Shown: piece after piece, positions 7,994-17,724 of the stretch
Layout of the letters: each line of letters starts with the position of its first letter
Numbering within the stretch: position 1 is the stretch's first letter
Virus record (IMG/VR): IMGVR_UViG_3300027895_000002
Location: 1-44,976 of that record
Strand: one strand, 5' to 3'
From: a virus
DNA: 44,976 bases
The notes under the pieces: generated by a model
What the model saw: the letters and a program-made list of their open reading frames with translations, nothing else
The model's database searches: none
What the model was told of the DNA's origin: nothing
Position numbers and translations under genes: made by a program

Positions 7994-9435
7994 TTACCTA
8001 GCCGGTCCTGATACATGTCCGATAGCAGCGCTTTACGTACAAGAGGGCGCGCGACCATCCCACCAATCAGAGGTACACCCACGTGTGGGCTGTGCATTGC
8101 AGTCGCAACCGCACCGCCGATTCCCATCATCCCCTCAACCGCCCCCGTGGGGGTTTTGTTCTTGACATCATGAGCATCTCGGGTCACTTCCTTAAACTCG
8201 GTTGCCACATCGGCAATGAGCTTCTGATTCCCGCTCAAGGGAACCCCGAGGCTCTGAAGTCTAGCGAGCTTCTTAGCGGATACGTCCTCGCCCACCAACA
8301 CGTCCTCAGTCGTGGCAATCTTAGCTAGGGCCTGCCGGGCAGCACGAAACTTGGGAATAAGATCGGTATAACCCATAACCTGTGCGTGTCGGTCGATCTG
8401 TTCCTCTAGTGCTGTAGCAACCTGCAAGCGTGCGGCCGCCATTGCATTGTCCTTGGGAAGATCGGACTTAAACTCTCGGCGCGCATCCGCCCGCAGTTGC
8501 CGTATATGCATCACGGCGTCCTTAGAATCGAACTGCTTCTCGCGATAGGCCCGGCGCAGTTTGGCAACATCAGGGGTAAGACGATCAGCTCCCTTAAAGC
8601 TCTTACCAGGAGTCCTACCTATCGCATTAATGGCAGATTTATAAGCAGCGTCCGTAGGAACTGAGCCTATACCCTCAACCACCTTGTAAATCTGCTGGTG
8701 AGGTTTCTTAGCGGCATCTAAGGTGGATTGCTTCAGCCTCTCTCCGGGCTTAACTCCGATATCCTGAGCATTGAGCTTGTTGGTCGTAACCTGATTCTTA
8801 ATAGAAGCCTCGCTAGACAGACGAGGTGATCCAGTAACCCCCTCCACGGCAGTTCCTATCTTCCCGCCCGCTTCAGAAGGTTTCAGCACATAGCCCGCCT
8901 GTCGCGCCTGTTTCACCATTTCTGCGCTGCGTGTTAGGGGGGAAACTACCGGAGGTTTCCTTGCCTCCAGAGCCTTCTTACCACCGGCTACGTCAATAGC
9001 TGCTCTAGCTGTCTGGCCCAAGATCGGATGGCCGCTTTCCTCAAGCTTGTGAGGAACGTAATCTAGGGCCTTGCCGAGAGGCTCAGTGAGCGCCCCGACA
9101 TAAGCCGAAGCCGCCTTACCCGTTTCAGTCCGAGGCTCGTAGGTCATCGCGCTACGGACCTTTTCGCCCTTCTTCGGGTCTTGGGTCGCAACAGAGGTCG
9201 CGGCACCCGCTACATCGCCTACGAGGCTGGAGCCCATCTGGGCCGCCACCTCACCCGCCGCTACGGCAGAGCGCCCCACGCCAGCTATACCCGTGCCTGC
9301 GGCCTTGTTAACCGCTTCCCCGAGGCGATGCTCCTTATCAAAATAACCCTCTTCTGCCTGAGGCTGATAGTTCTGCCAGGGACCGCTGTCGGCCTGTGCC
9401 TGAGGTTTGTAATTGACCCAAGGTCCGTCAGCCAC
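7990..9435 (-). CDS. Internal virion / ejection protein candidate (P22 gp16 position)
   Basis: Helical, Ala/Lys-rich, 481 aa. N-terminal tandem GPW.NY.PQA repeat. Assigned by synteny after the adaptor/nozzle genes. Confidence 0.45.
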   Translation of the reverse strand: MADGPWVNYKPQAQADSGPWQNYQPQAEEGYFDKEHRLGEAVNKAAGTGIAGVGRSAVAAGEVAAQMGSSLVGDVAGAATSVATQDPKKGEKVRSAMTYEPRTETGKAASAYVGALTEPLGKALDYVPHKLEESGHPILGQTARAAIDVAGGKKALEARKPPVVSPLTRSAEMVKQARQAGYVLKPSEAGGKIGTAVEGVTGSPRLSSEASIKNQVTTNKLNAQDIGVKPGERLKQSTLDAAKKPHQQIYKVVEGIGSVPTDAAYKSAINAIGRTPGKSFKGADRLTPDVAKLRRAYREKQFDSKDAVMHIRQLRADARREFKSDLPKDNAMAAARLQVATALEEQIDRHAQVMGYTDLIPKFRAARQALAKIATTEDVLVGEDVSAKKLARLQSLGVPLSGNQKLIADVATEFKEVTRDAHDVKNKTPTGAVEGMMGIGGAVATAMHSPHVGVPLIGGMVARPLVRKALLSDMYQDRLGK

Positions 9436-10936
9436 CGGATTTCTCCCATGATTCCTTCTTGGAGGGGTCGCCCCCCTTATACCGATAACCCTGCTCCACA
9501 GCCCCTACGGCTGGCGCACCTGAGGGCTGTGCGGGCGCTGAAGGGGTGGAGGCATCCTTCCCCGTCACCCCAGTAAGGCTCTCCTCCACGCCACCCTTAG
9601 AAGCTTCTATGCCCTGTAGGACGGTTTTCTTGATCTGCTGGAACTGATCCTTGGTAATAAGATCCGGGATAACCTGTGCGGACTCATGCCTGGCGGCATC
9701 TGTCACCTGTCCGCCCTTGGATAGCACGATGGAGTATTCGGCCCTAAGCTCTGCCACAGCAGCCTTGTAGGCTGATAGCTTGGGGTCCGACTCCTGCTCC
9801 TTGCCCCACTTCGAGAACTCACCCGCCGCTTTAAGAGTAGGAAAGTCCACCGCATTGACGGCTTTCTCGGCCTGATCCAGGAATCCACCCGGTTTAGTGA
9901 TGGACTTCTCGACCGGCAATATCGCAGCTTCCCTGCGGCCTAAGACGCTGGCCTCGGTCTTTTCAGCTCCAAGCGAGAGCTGACCGGACTTCACCATGTC
10001 TGCGATCTCATCGGGACTCTTGCCGGGATTACGCGACAGCAAGCCTTGGAATAGCGCCTGTTGCTGAGCCTTGGAACGCATACCTGCAGGAACAGAAACG
10101 CCCCTTTCAGCTAAAGCCCCCATGAGGTCTCCGATCTGCCCCCCGAAGGAACCGGCATTCTGCTTCGCGATGTTGATGCGCTCTTGGCCCTGCTGCTCCT
10201 CGACTTTACGGTGTTGCTGCTCGCCCCGAAGGTTAGCCGCCTGCAAGGGTTGATTGGCTATCTCACCCTTGGTCCTTAGAGCATCCAGAGCATCTTTAAT
10301 CTGCTTAGTCCCCTGAGGCATTGATTTCCACACATCGTTCAAACGATCAAACGTGATCGGCATAGGCTGTCCGTTGGGGCCTTTGGCCGAAGTAAACCGC
10401 CCGAGAGATTGCAGCAGAATCTCCTTTAGCTTCGGGTCCATGTTCGGGTCGTCCTTGATATCGGCGGTCTCCTTGGCAATTGCTCCAATCGTCATGGCAT
10501 CGCGTGTTTTGGCGTCATACTTGAGCGCCCCCGTGTCAGTAGTGGCACCGGCAGAGGCCACGATGGCACCGACTTTCTGCGCCTGAAAGTCATGTGCAGC
10601 GCTGTAGAGCTCTAATTGGGCCTGCTGTTTTGCAAGCTCTCCTGATGCTGCTTGCTGGGAGAATTTGAGTAACTCCATCCCTTTGTCGGGGGAGACCCTA
10701 GCCACCTCCCCTGCAAGCTTGGAGGCTCCCTCGGGGGTGGAAAGATCGGCCCCCTTCTGCTTGAAGATCTTCGAGACTTCCTGCTCTTCGGCTTCCTGCC
10801 TCTTAGCTCCCGCAAGCTTCAACTGGTTCAACTGGTTCGTGTCGATCAGGTCCTTTAACTGGAATCCTTTCGACACGGCACCCGTCATATCGGCGTTATC
10901 GCCAATAGAGGCTATGGGACTGGGATCGAAGGCCAT
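9428..10936 (-). CDS. Internal virion / ejection protein candidate (P22 gp20 position)
   Basis: 502 aa, Q/K/A/E-rich and helical. Assigned by synteny. Confidence 0.45.
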   Translation of the reverse strand: MAFDPSPIASIGDNADMTGAVSKGFQLKDLIDTNQLNQLKLAGAKRQEAEEQEVSKIFKQKGADLSTPEGASKLAGEVARVSPDKGMELLKFSQQAASGELAKQQAQLELYSAAHDFQAQKVGAIVASAGATTDTGALKYDAKTRDAMTIGAIAKETADIKDDPNMDPKLKEILLQSLGRFTSAKGPNGQPMPITFDRLNDVWKSMPQGTKQIKDALDALRTKGEIANQPLQAANLRGEQQHRKVEEQQGQERINIAKQNAGSFGGQIGDLMGALAERGVSVPAGMRSKAQQQALFQGLLSRNPGKSPDEIADMVKSGQLSLGAEKTEASVLGRREAAILPVEKSITKPGGFLDQAEKAVNAVDFPTLKAAGEFSKWGKEQESDPKLSAYKAAVAELRAEYSIVLSKGGQVTDAARHESAQVIPDLITKDQFQQIKKTVLQGIEASKGGVEESLTGVTGKDASTPSAPAQPSGAPAVGAVEQGYRYKGGDPSKKESWEKSGG

Positions 10937-11670
10937 TACTGCGTCCCTTGCAGGGGATTGTTATAGGTGTATCCGCCCCCTCCGCTGATGGCCGGAACGC
11001 CACCAGCAGCGTATGCGCCGGGATCTGAGGGTAAACTAGACCCTGTCAGCCCCGCTAGGGTATTCGCTGTAACCCCAGCACCTATGCCCCCAGTAATGGA
11101 CTTGTCGATTCCGGCAATGGTGTTGATGTCTATGCCAGCGATGTTGTTACCCTGACTGATGAGGGCATTGCTGATATTAGATGCGCCCTGACCTATGTTA
11201 GAGGCGGTGTTGGAGGCTGCGGCCTGACCGAAACCTACCGCCTGTGCGGCGTTTCCTACTGCGTTCTGGTAGGTCGAATCCGCCAATCCTGTGGAAAACT
11301 GGTCTAAAGCCTGTAAAGTGTTTCCTGAGAGACCTAAGCCTTGAGCGGTGGCAGCATTCTCGGTCGAGGTGAGGCCTTGAGACTTGGCAAACTGGTAGCC
11401 CGGGGTGGCTGCTAGAGTCTTCTGAATACCCGCGCTGCCTCCCTTACCTAAGCCCAGTAGAGCCTCGTACTGGGGGATAGCAGCCTTGCCGAGCGCGGTA
11501 TAAGGGGCCTCCTGTGCTTCCTGCTGCTGGATCGCCCACTGTTGCTCATTCACCGCAGCGTTGGTGGAGGATTCGGTAGCCTGTGCCGCTTCGTGACCAG
11601 CAACCGCAGAACCCACCCCAGAGAGCACCCCTCCGGCTACCGCCGCAACTGCTGTCCATATCCCGCTCAT
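10936..11670 (-). CDS. Internal virion / ejection protein candidate, Gly/Ala-rich with a hydrophobic N-terminus
   Basis: MSGIWTAVAAVAGGVLSGVGSAVAG N-terminus and Gly/Ala/Asn-rich repeats. Assigned by synteny (P22 gp7/gp14 region). Confidence 0.45.
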   Translation of the reverse strand: MSGIWTAVAAVAGGVLSGVGSAVAGHEAAQATESSTNAAVNEQQWAIQQQEAQEAPYTALGKAAIPQYEALLGLGKGGSAGIQKTLAATPGYQFAKSQGLTSTENAATAQGLGLSGNTLQALDQFSTGLADSTYQNAVGNAAQAVGFGQAAASNTASNIGQGASNISNALISQGNNIAGIDINTIAGIDKSITGGIGAGVTANTLAGLTGSSLPSDPGAYAAGGVPAISGGGGYTYNNPLQGTQ

Positions 11671-12107
11671 GCGACCTTCCTTAAGAGCCGCTGTGATACC
11701 TCCTCACCCAACCGTTCTAGTTCTTCCGTGGAGCCGAAAATATCATCTTCGGTGTACTGCCGGGGATGATACGTCGCCCCCAGAACGTCTGTCACGGCAT
11801 AGAGGACCATCTGATAGCCGGGAATGGTATGAAGGCTCTGCGGGGCTTTCAGGGTCGTCTGGGAGCCGTCTTCGAAGAGAATCACTTCTCCCTCCAGTAG
11901 AGAGCACCTGTGACCGTGCTTATGAGGTCGGCCGATGAATAGCGTATCTTTCGGCAGGCGCATCTTCCTGATGTAGGTGTCCTCGTCCCACGACTCCTCC
12001 ACCGGACACTGCCTCTGCGGACCTTTCCTGAACTGATACCCGAGATAGGCGAGTTTCTCCTTCCAGGAGAGGTTCGGGATATTCAAATACTCGACCATGC
12101 TCGTCAT
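11667..12107 (-). CDS. Hypothetical protein with a cupin-like His cluster
   Basis: GRPHKHGHRCSLLEGEV ... LHTIPGY resembles cupin motifs 1 and 2, but the match is weak. ATGA overlaps on both sides. Confidence 0.4.
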   Translation of the reverse strand: MTSMVEYLNIPNLSWKEKLAYLGYQFRKGPQRQCPVEESWDEDTYIRKMRLPKDTLFIGRPHKHGHRCSLLEGEVILFEDGSQTTLKAPQSLHTIPGYQMVLYAVTDVLGATYHPRQYTEDDIFGSTEELERLGEEVSQRLLRKVA

Positions 12108-12391
12108 GCCAGTGCTCCTGTGGCCGTAACCCAGTTAGTCCCGTTGTACCAGATCGGATGCCCCAGAGTGCCGTCAAAGAATACTTGCCCGATGTAAAGG
12201 TTTTTCGTGGGGCGGTTGGCCGTTAACCCGGTCTGTGCTAGGGGCGCAGTGACCCGATAGACCGATTGGAACCACGCCTGATAGTCGGGGGATAAATGTC
12301 CTGGTTTGCCTTTCTGATCGGGATGCAAAATACGAGGACTCTGAGGCACCGGCCCCAAGCCTTGAAGGATAGGATTGATATTGAAGGGCAC
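12104..12391 (-). CDS. Small tail protein (tail-fibre-like C-terminal motif), start re-assigned
   Basis: Track ORF 12104..12577 overlaps the upstream gene by 187 nt. A GTG at 12391 overlaps the upstream TAG and follows GAGG. The C-terminus LYIGQVFFDGTLGHPIWYNGTNWVTATG resembles a motif seen in phage fibre proteins. Confidence 0.45.
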   Translation of the reverse strand: MPFNINPILQGLGPVPQSPRILHPDQKGKPGHLSPDYQAWFQSVYRVTAPLAQTGLTANRPTKNLYIGQVFFDGTLGHPIWYNGTNWVTATGALA

Positions 12392-13827
12392 TAGCCTAAC
12401 CTCGCGGCGGGTTGTCTCTCGGAGAGCTTTATCGCCCCTTCGGTAATCACAAACTTCACAGGGTCGGTCATTCTGATCCTGAATACATGGTCTCTCGCAG
12501 AACCAAAGCGCCGCCAGCTCACCCGGTTCAAATACTGACCCTGTGCTCCCAATGGACACCATCTCTGTCCGCTCCACGTCCTGCCATTATCCCTGCTGTG
12601 CTCGCAGGAGACCATTGGATTGATCCCCTGACCCGTCGTAAGTCCTACCCCTGTCTCCATGTCGAGGTACAGAAGGTTGACCCGGATGCGGTTGAAGTTG
12701 GAGAGGACATGTCGAGTGACGATCTCCCTCACAATCATCTGGCCGTTATCCGTGTAAAGGCTCGAACTCATCTCATAAATCTGGTTCGTCTGGTAGTCGG
12801 ATATGAAGTTCTTTCCCGCCGCGTAGGTCGAGAGATTGCCCCAATGGCGGGTAGGGGAAAGAGAGTTGCCGGTCTGCACCTCGCTCAAAATCCCTGTTGA
12901 ATTATCGTAGATCCACGAACGGTTAGCAGTAGGAAAGGTGATCTGGTACATGATGTGGTGGTCCTGCTGGTAGGTCAGGCACACCGCATCGGAGACCGTT
13001 GAGAACCTGTTCCAGATGTACTCCGTATCGGCATCGGATATGACTTGTGGTGAGTAATTCGAGAGCTTGACGAGCTGCACAATCCCCTGCTTCGTAATGC
13101 CTAAAAAGATGATCGACTGATCCGCATGAGCACGGGAAAATACTGCCGCCAGTCCCCACTCGTTGTAAGCCGATAGAATGGGCTGAAACGGTTGGGGTGT
13201 TGCTCCGACGTTCTGCCAGAATTCCTGATGCTGACCCGCAAAGATGATGAGGATGCCGTTTAGTTCATCTGCCGCAAGGATCGTATCTTCGTTGGACGCC
13301 GCATCCGCAAAAGCAAGCGCATTCCACGTCGAGCCGTCAAAGGCATTCGACACCCAGAAGGTCTGCGTTCCGGGTTGTTCAGCGACGAAAAACCCCGAAC
13401 AGAAAGTGACAGTTCTCGCTCCTTGGGCCTGCCACGGGACAATCGGCTGAAAGGTCTGAGTCTTGATATTGAAGTAATATCCGGTAAGACCATCGACCAC
13501 CACCACCTGAGTAGGGGAGGTCTGTATCGTCGCAAGCGTTGCGGAGCTATTGACCGGACCACTCGCTAAAGTCGCTCCCGTTACAGGATTGACCTGAAGG
13601 AACTGATTATTTGCCACAGCATAGAGATAGTTAGCATCTCCCGATAGAGCGCGAAAGGGAGAGGTGCCTACCGTGAACATGGGGTTTAAACCAGGTGTCC
13701 CGTAGATCGCGACCTTGCTCTTATCCCCGTCAGGACGGTTCTCGTAGTAGACATTGAGGCGACGCTGACGGGTCACCACTCGGCTTTTACCCGTGGTGCC
13801 AGAGCCAAAGAGCGGAATGGATTTCAT
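12391..13827 (-). CDS. Tail nozzle / DNA-stabilisation protein (P22 gp10-like position and N-terminal pattern)
   Basis: N-terminus SRVVTRQRRLNVYYE...KVAIYGTPGL follows the pattern of gp10-type tail hub proteins. Beta-rich, 478 aa. Lies directly after the adaptor gene. Confidence 0.55.
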   Translation of the reverse strand: MKSIPLFGSGTTGKSRVVTRQRRLNVYYENRPDGDKSKVAIYGTPGLNPMFTVGTSPFRALSGDANYLYAVANNQFLQVNPVTGATLASGPVNSSATLATIQTSPTQVVVVDGLTGYYFNIKTQTFQPIVPWQAQGARTVTFCSGFFVAEQPGTQTFWVSNAFDGSTWNALAFADAASNEDTILAADELNGILIIFAGQHQEFWQNVGATPQPFQPILSAYNEWGLAAVFSRAHADQSIIFLGITKQGIVQLVKLSNYSPQVISDADTEYIWNRFSTVSDAVCLTYQQDHHIMYQITFPTANRSWIYDNSTGILSEVQTGNSLSPTRHWGNLSTYAAGKNFISDYQTNQIYEMSSSLYTDNGQMIVREIVTRHVLSNFNRIRVNLLYLDMETGVGLTTGQGINPMVSCEHSRDNGRTWSGQRWCPLGAQGQYLNRVSWRRFGSARDHVFRIRMTDPVKFVITEGAIKLSERQPAARLG

Positions 13828-14831
13828 GGCTCGTAGGGACTTCCAGAGTCCCTTTGAAAGTAGAACGATGTGACTTCCGCATCCTGCTGCTGGGCGAAGG
13901 CCAAGGCTTCTGAGAGGTTCTCCTTCATTTCATCGGTCCACGAGGCATCGAACATTCCGCAGATCTCTCTGGAAAGTCCCCAGCACAAAGGCCGATACCA
14001 CTGCTGGGGGTAAGCAGGATTATCGACGGGGTTCGTGATATCGGAGATGGGATTCAGGTAGACGATATGTAAGAGCTTCGTGACGTCCTGTGCTCCACCC
14101 ACATCGATATAAAGCTGACCGTTTGAGGTCGCGGTAGAGGTGCCGATCTGGCTTTCGTAATATATCGCGGTAGGATCGGACTGGAAAGTGTTGCTGGTCT
14201 TTGTCGGTAAGAGTTCATAGTCCTCCAGCGTCATTTTGTTCATCGGGGTATCGTTGGCGAAAGTATCCCTCAGAATACAGGTCTCGATCTGCAAGGGTCT
14301 TTGCTGTTTCGTCGTGTAGTTAAAGACCTGTGCATTGGCGTTCGCATTACCCGTAAGAGGTGCATTCAAGCCCACTAACCCGTTGCTATAAGAGCTGACA
14401 GTCGTCCAGAAGAGATCTGTTCCTATGAGGATGCCGATGTAGTCATTCTGATTCATGACGGTAGGAGTGTTGACCGAGATATTGGTCGCCCCCTGACCGG
14501 CATTGGAGGCTAAAGTCGTTGAGTTATAGGTGAGGTTCGGAGGGTTTCCGGTAGTAAAGCCCGCCCAGTTATCTCCTGTGGGTCCCAGTTGATACTGATA
14601 CTGAGTGAAGCCCAAGAAGAGATCTCCCCGGGCTCGGCTCCACATTTTAAGCCCCGGGGCGAAATCCTGCTTTGCCATCCACGATTTGACGAGGAGATTA
14701 AGCTTCCTCAGACAGTCGTTGAATTCCTGTGCCGTGGGAATTTCCGCTTCTCCAATGGCTCCGATATTCAACATGGCTTCATTGATGATATCGGTGGCCG
14801 TGACCGTGAAGATATAAGTGCCGGTAATCAC
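13824..14831 (-). CDS. Head-to-tail adaptor (P22 gp4-like)
   Basis: The N-terminal helix pattern DIINEAMLNIGAIGEAEIPTAQEFNDCLRKLNLLVKSWMAKQ matches the gp4-type adaptor signature (I..AL..LG......P.........L..M...W). Synteny supports the call. Confidence 0.6.
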   Translation of the reverse strand: MITGTYIFTVTATDIINEAMLNIGAIGEAEIPTAQEFNDCLRKLNLLVKSWMAKQDFAPGLKMWSRARGDLFLGFTQYQYQLGPTGDNWAGFTTGNPPNLTYNSTTLASNAGQGATNISVNTPTVMNQNDYIGILIGTDLFWTTVSSYSNGLVGLNAPLTGNANANAQVFNYTTKQQRPLQIETCILRDTFANDTPMNKMTLEDYELLPTKTSNTFQSDPTAIYYESQIGTSTATSNGQLYIDVGGAQDVTKLLHIVYLNPISDITNPVDNPAYPQQWYRPLCWGLSREICGMFDASWTDEMKENLSEALAFAQQQDAEVTSFYFQRDSGSPYEP

Positions 14832-16405
14832 GCCCTCAGTTCCTTCTTCGTGGCGTCAGTGATTAAATTCCACACTGGACGGTAGATCTGATCGAAGCTG
14901 ATGTCCTGCTGGCACTGTGCGGTCGAGGTTTCTGCTTTCTGGCAGTGCGACCAGTTGTAGTGCATTTGATGGCAGGCGGGAGCTTCGTTCCTACCCCTTC
15001 CCGGACAGTGAGTGTTCTCGCTCCAGATCGGATATACGTTCGTCCAGTCACGCGTGAGGTTCTCGTGGGTCGAGTGGGAAAGTAATACGACTTTGGGATA
15101 ATCGAATTGGGATGCGGCATTCATCAAACCCGTTTCGGGTCCTATCGCCATATCAACCGTTGCCATGAAGGCAAGCGACTGTCGGATAGACCACTGACCA
15201 CAGGTTCGGTGGACACGTTTCTCCTTCTCCCAGCCTTGTTCAAGAATCTTGGCCGCCTCTCCTCCCAGTAACACGACATCGACGTTGGGGAAGTCGAGCA
15301 TCAGGGATGCGATGACGTTATCCAAACAGGCATGTGTTTTGTGGACCGAGGAACCCGCAAGCGGCCACGCCACCACGTACTCGCCCATCTTCGCCCGTTG
15401 TTTCTTCGCCCACGTCCTCTCATCCTCGGTGGGGAAAAAGCGGATCTGAGGCTTATGGGGTACTTCTGCAATGGCATGCTGCAATTCCAGATAGTTCATG
15501 TTCATGATCTTGTGGCGGATCGCAGGAGGCCAGTGGTGCTGTGTTCTCCCGGGTATGGCGAGGAGCGACCCCTCCACGCTTTCCGACAGGTTCACCCATT
15601 TGTCGTATTTCTTCCGATGATAATCCCAATACTCACCCAGAAGATGATTAGGGACTTGGTCCTTGTCCTGATAGTAAAAAGCGTCGATGTTCGGGTCGTT
15701 ACGCACGACTTCATCACCCGGAGGAGAGGTGTAAAGCGTGACGTGGTAACCTTGGGCTTTGAGGCCCGCGAACACCGACGAAGCCTGAAGGAGATCCCCG
15801 AATGCCCCGTAGCGGACTAACCCACAGGACTTCTTAGGAGGCTCCTTCTTCTTCCAACTCTCCGTCTGTCCGGAGTTCATCTTCCTGAATACGAAGTAGA
15901 GAGAGTATTCCCTCTCCTGATTCCGTTTCTGAAAGTCCACAAGATCCCAGCTACCTGCCCCTCTCATGTACTGGATCACCCGTTCATAGTTCACGTTCCA
16001 CTTGTGATCGGGATTTGCCCCTTCCTCTCCCACCTTCGGGTACTCGTCCTCATCCGGAAGGTAGAGCGTCAAATATCCTTTTGGCTTGATGATCCTCATC
16101 CAATCCCTTAAAGCTCCTGTGACTCTTTCGGGTGCAATGTGCTCCAGCAAGTGAGAGGAAAAACAGAAGTCCATCGAATTAGAAGCGAACATCTCCATGC
16201 GCTCGGCGCTCGGAACGCAGATATCGGGTTTTATGGGATGACCGAAAAGAGCTTCATCGGCCTTGTTATCGACCCCGATGAAATGGGGATAGAGCTTCTC
16301 GATGCCACAGCCGATATCAAGTCCTCTGCCCCTTGTGTATTGCACGATTTCCCACTTCACTTTCGCGGATTCGTTGCACTGGGGGTCGGTTATTTTCCAA
16401 GTCAT
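14828..16405 (-). CDS. Fusion protein: N-terminal class I SAM-dependent methyltransferase + C-terminal glycosyltransferase family 9 (heptosyltransferase-like)
   Basis: MT domain (aa 1-185, about 15851..16405): LDIGCGIEKL (motif I), GVDN, MDFCFSSHLLEH, IIKPKGYL. GT9 domain (aa 190-525, about 14828..15850): LVRYGAFGDLLQASSVFAGLKAQGYHVTLYT, NDPNIDAF, VVAWPLAGSSVHKTH, VVLLGG, SLAFMATVDMAIGPETGLMNAA, then a Cys/His-rich tail. ATGA overlap with the adaptor gene. Confidence 0.85.
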   Translation of the reverse strand: MTWKITDPQCNESAKVKWEIVQYTRGRGLDIGCGIEKLYPHFIGVDNKADEALFGHPIKPDICVPSAERMEMFASNSMDFCFSSHLLEHIAPERVTGALRDWMRIIKPKGYLTLYLPDEDEYPKVGEEGANPDHKWNVNYERVIQYMRGAGSWDLVDFQKRNQEREYSLYFVFRKMNSGQTESWKKKEPPKKSCGLVRYGAFGDLLQASSVFAGLKAQGYHVTLYTSPPGDEVVRNDPNIDAFYYQDKDQVPNHLLGEYWDYHRKKYDKWVNLSESVEGSLLAIPGRTQHHWPPAIRHKIMNMNYLELQHAIAEVPHKPQIRFFPTEDERTWAKKQRAKMGEYVVAWPLAGSSVHKTHACLDNVIASLMLDFPNVDVVLLGGEAAKILEQGWEKEKRVHRTCGQWSIRQSLAFMATVDMAIGPETGLMNAASQFDYPKVVLLSHSTHENLTRDWTNVYPIWSENTHCPGRGRNEAPACHQMHYNWSHCQKAETSTAQCQQDISFDQIYRPVWNLITDATKKELRA

Positions 16406-16414
16406 CCGTTCTCC

Positions 16415-17722
16415 TTACGTGGTCGGCTGCACGATGAACCACGCCACCGTACTGGTGTCGTTGCTTTGGGATGCGAGAATCGTGAACGAGGTTCCGGGAG
16501 TTCTCGCGGAGACGCCAAGTGCCGAAGGGCTCGTAACGGTCCCAAGAGATTGCGCGGTCAGTTGAATGCGGGAATTGGCGGCTACTTGAGTATTATTAAC
16601 CGTTACCGTGCCAGCAACCAATGTTGCAATTCCGGAACTGCAGCCTCCAGTCCCCTCCGCTATATAAAGAGCGCCCCCCGGAGTCGATAGATACCAATTG
16701 CCGGTTTGATCTACGCCAACATTTCCATTTTGAGTGATTAAGCTGATTGATCCCGTGCCCAGCGCATTGATAAGGAGCGTGGCATTGGTTGCGGGACTTC
16801 CTCCGACACCAATAGCGTTAAGCATTACAGTGGGAGGAGTAGTGGCGGGAGTTGTTGTTATCTGCAAAGAACAATTTGGCGATGTCGGGGTTGCTGAGAC
16901 CTGGAATTGCGGCGTGATGATCTCATTGACCGAATACGTCCCGCGAAACCGCATGCCATACTGACAGGCGGTATTGAGGCTGGAATTAAGGAGCGAGCCG
17001 GTAACGGCTTTAGCACCTGAGGTCGAATTGAAGAAAATGCCATCGCCAAATGCAGCGGTGGGATTTCCCTGAATCTGCAACGCATTGACGGAAGGCTGCG
17101 TGCCGATTGCGACACAGACAACTCCATACGAAACACCTCCTGATGCAAGGCACACCGAATCGACTTCGATGGAGATGGAATTAGCCCCAGAAGCAGAAGC
17201 CACGCCAGATGAGTTCATGCCCCATGCGTGGGCACCCGAAGCGGCGGCTTCTCCTTGTGCAAAATCAGCTACGGTATTGCCCCCTCCGGTGACCTTGGCG
17301 TACTGCGCTCTTAAGAAGACGTTGTGATAGGAGCCGTAATTGCTCCCGTAGTTCATCGACAGGAGGTCGGTTGCGTAAACCGGAGGTACCGCATAAGAGA
17401 TGAGGTTATCTACGCGATAGAGCCCTCCGGTGAAGGACACCGAGGGATCGACATACGACCAGACATTCCCCGCTGGTAGGAAGTCATCGCCTGCAAGGGT
17501 AATGACGGTAGGAGAGTAGGGGGAGAGAGAGACAAGCGACCCCAGAACCCCGCCGAGGGGTGCCCACACCCCCGTCGCGGTGACGACCATGACGCCCTGA
17601 TCGGAAGTGATGCAGAGCTTGCCCGGAGCGTAGTTGGAGGCGGCGTACGCGCCGACTAGCTGACTGGAGAGGAATACTCCATTGCCTTGGGGGTTTCTGA
17701 GCCATGCCTCATCGTAGGCCAC
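16415..17722 (-). CDS. Ser/Thr/Gly-rich beta-rich virion surface protein (head or tail fibre-like)
   Basis: 435 aa. Repetitive G/S/T/N/A composition. The C-terminal GTVTVNNTQVAANSRIQLTAQ...FTILASQSNDTSTVAWFIVQP looks like an Ig-like terminal domain. Sits in the structural operon. Confidence 0.5.
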   Translation of the reverse strand: MAYDEAWLRNPQGNGVFLSSQLVGAYAASNYAPGKLCITSDQGVMVVTATGVWAPLGGVLGSLVSLSPYSPTVITLAGDDFLPAGNVWSYVDPSVSFTGGLYRVDNLISYAVPPVYATDLLSMNYGSNYGSYHNVFLRAQYAKVTGGGNTVADFAQGEAAASGAHAWGMNSSGVASASGANSISIEVDSVCLASGGVSYGVVCVAIGTQPSVNALQIQGNPTAAFGDGIFFNSTSGAKAVTGSLLNSSLNTACQYGMRFRGTYSVNEIITPQFQVSATPTSPNCSLQITTTPATTPPTVMLNAIGVGGSPATNATLLINALGTGSISLITQNGNVGVDQTGNWYLSTPGGALYIAEGTGGCSSGIATLVAGTVTVNNTQVAANSRIQLTAQSLGTVTSPSALGVSARTPGTSFTILASQSNDTSTVAWFIVQPTT

Positions 17723-17724
17723 AT

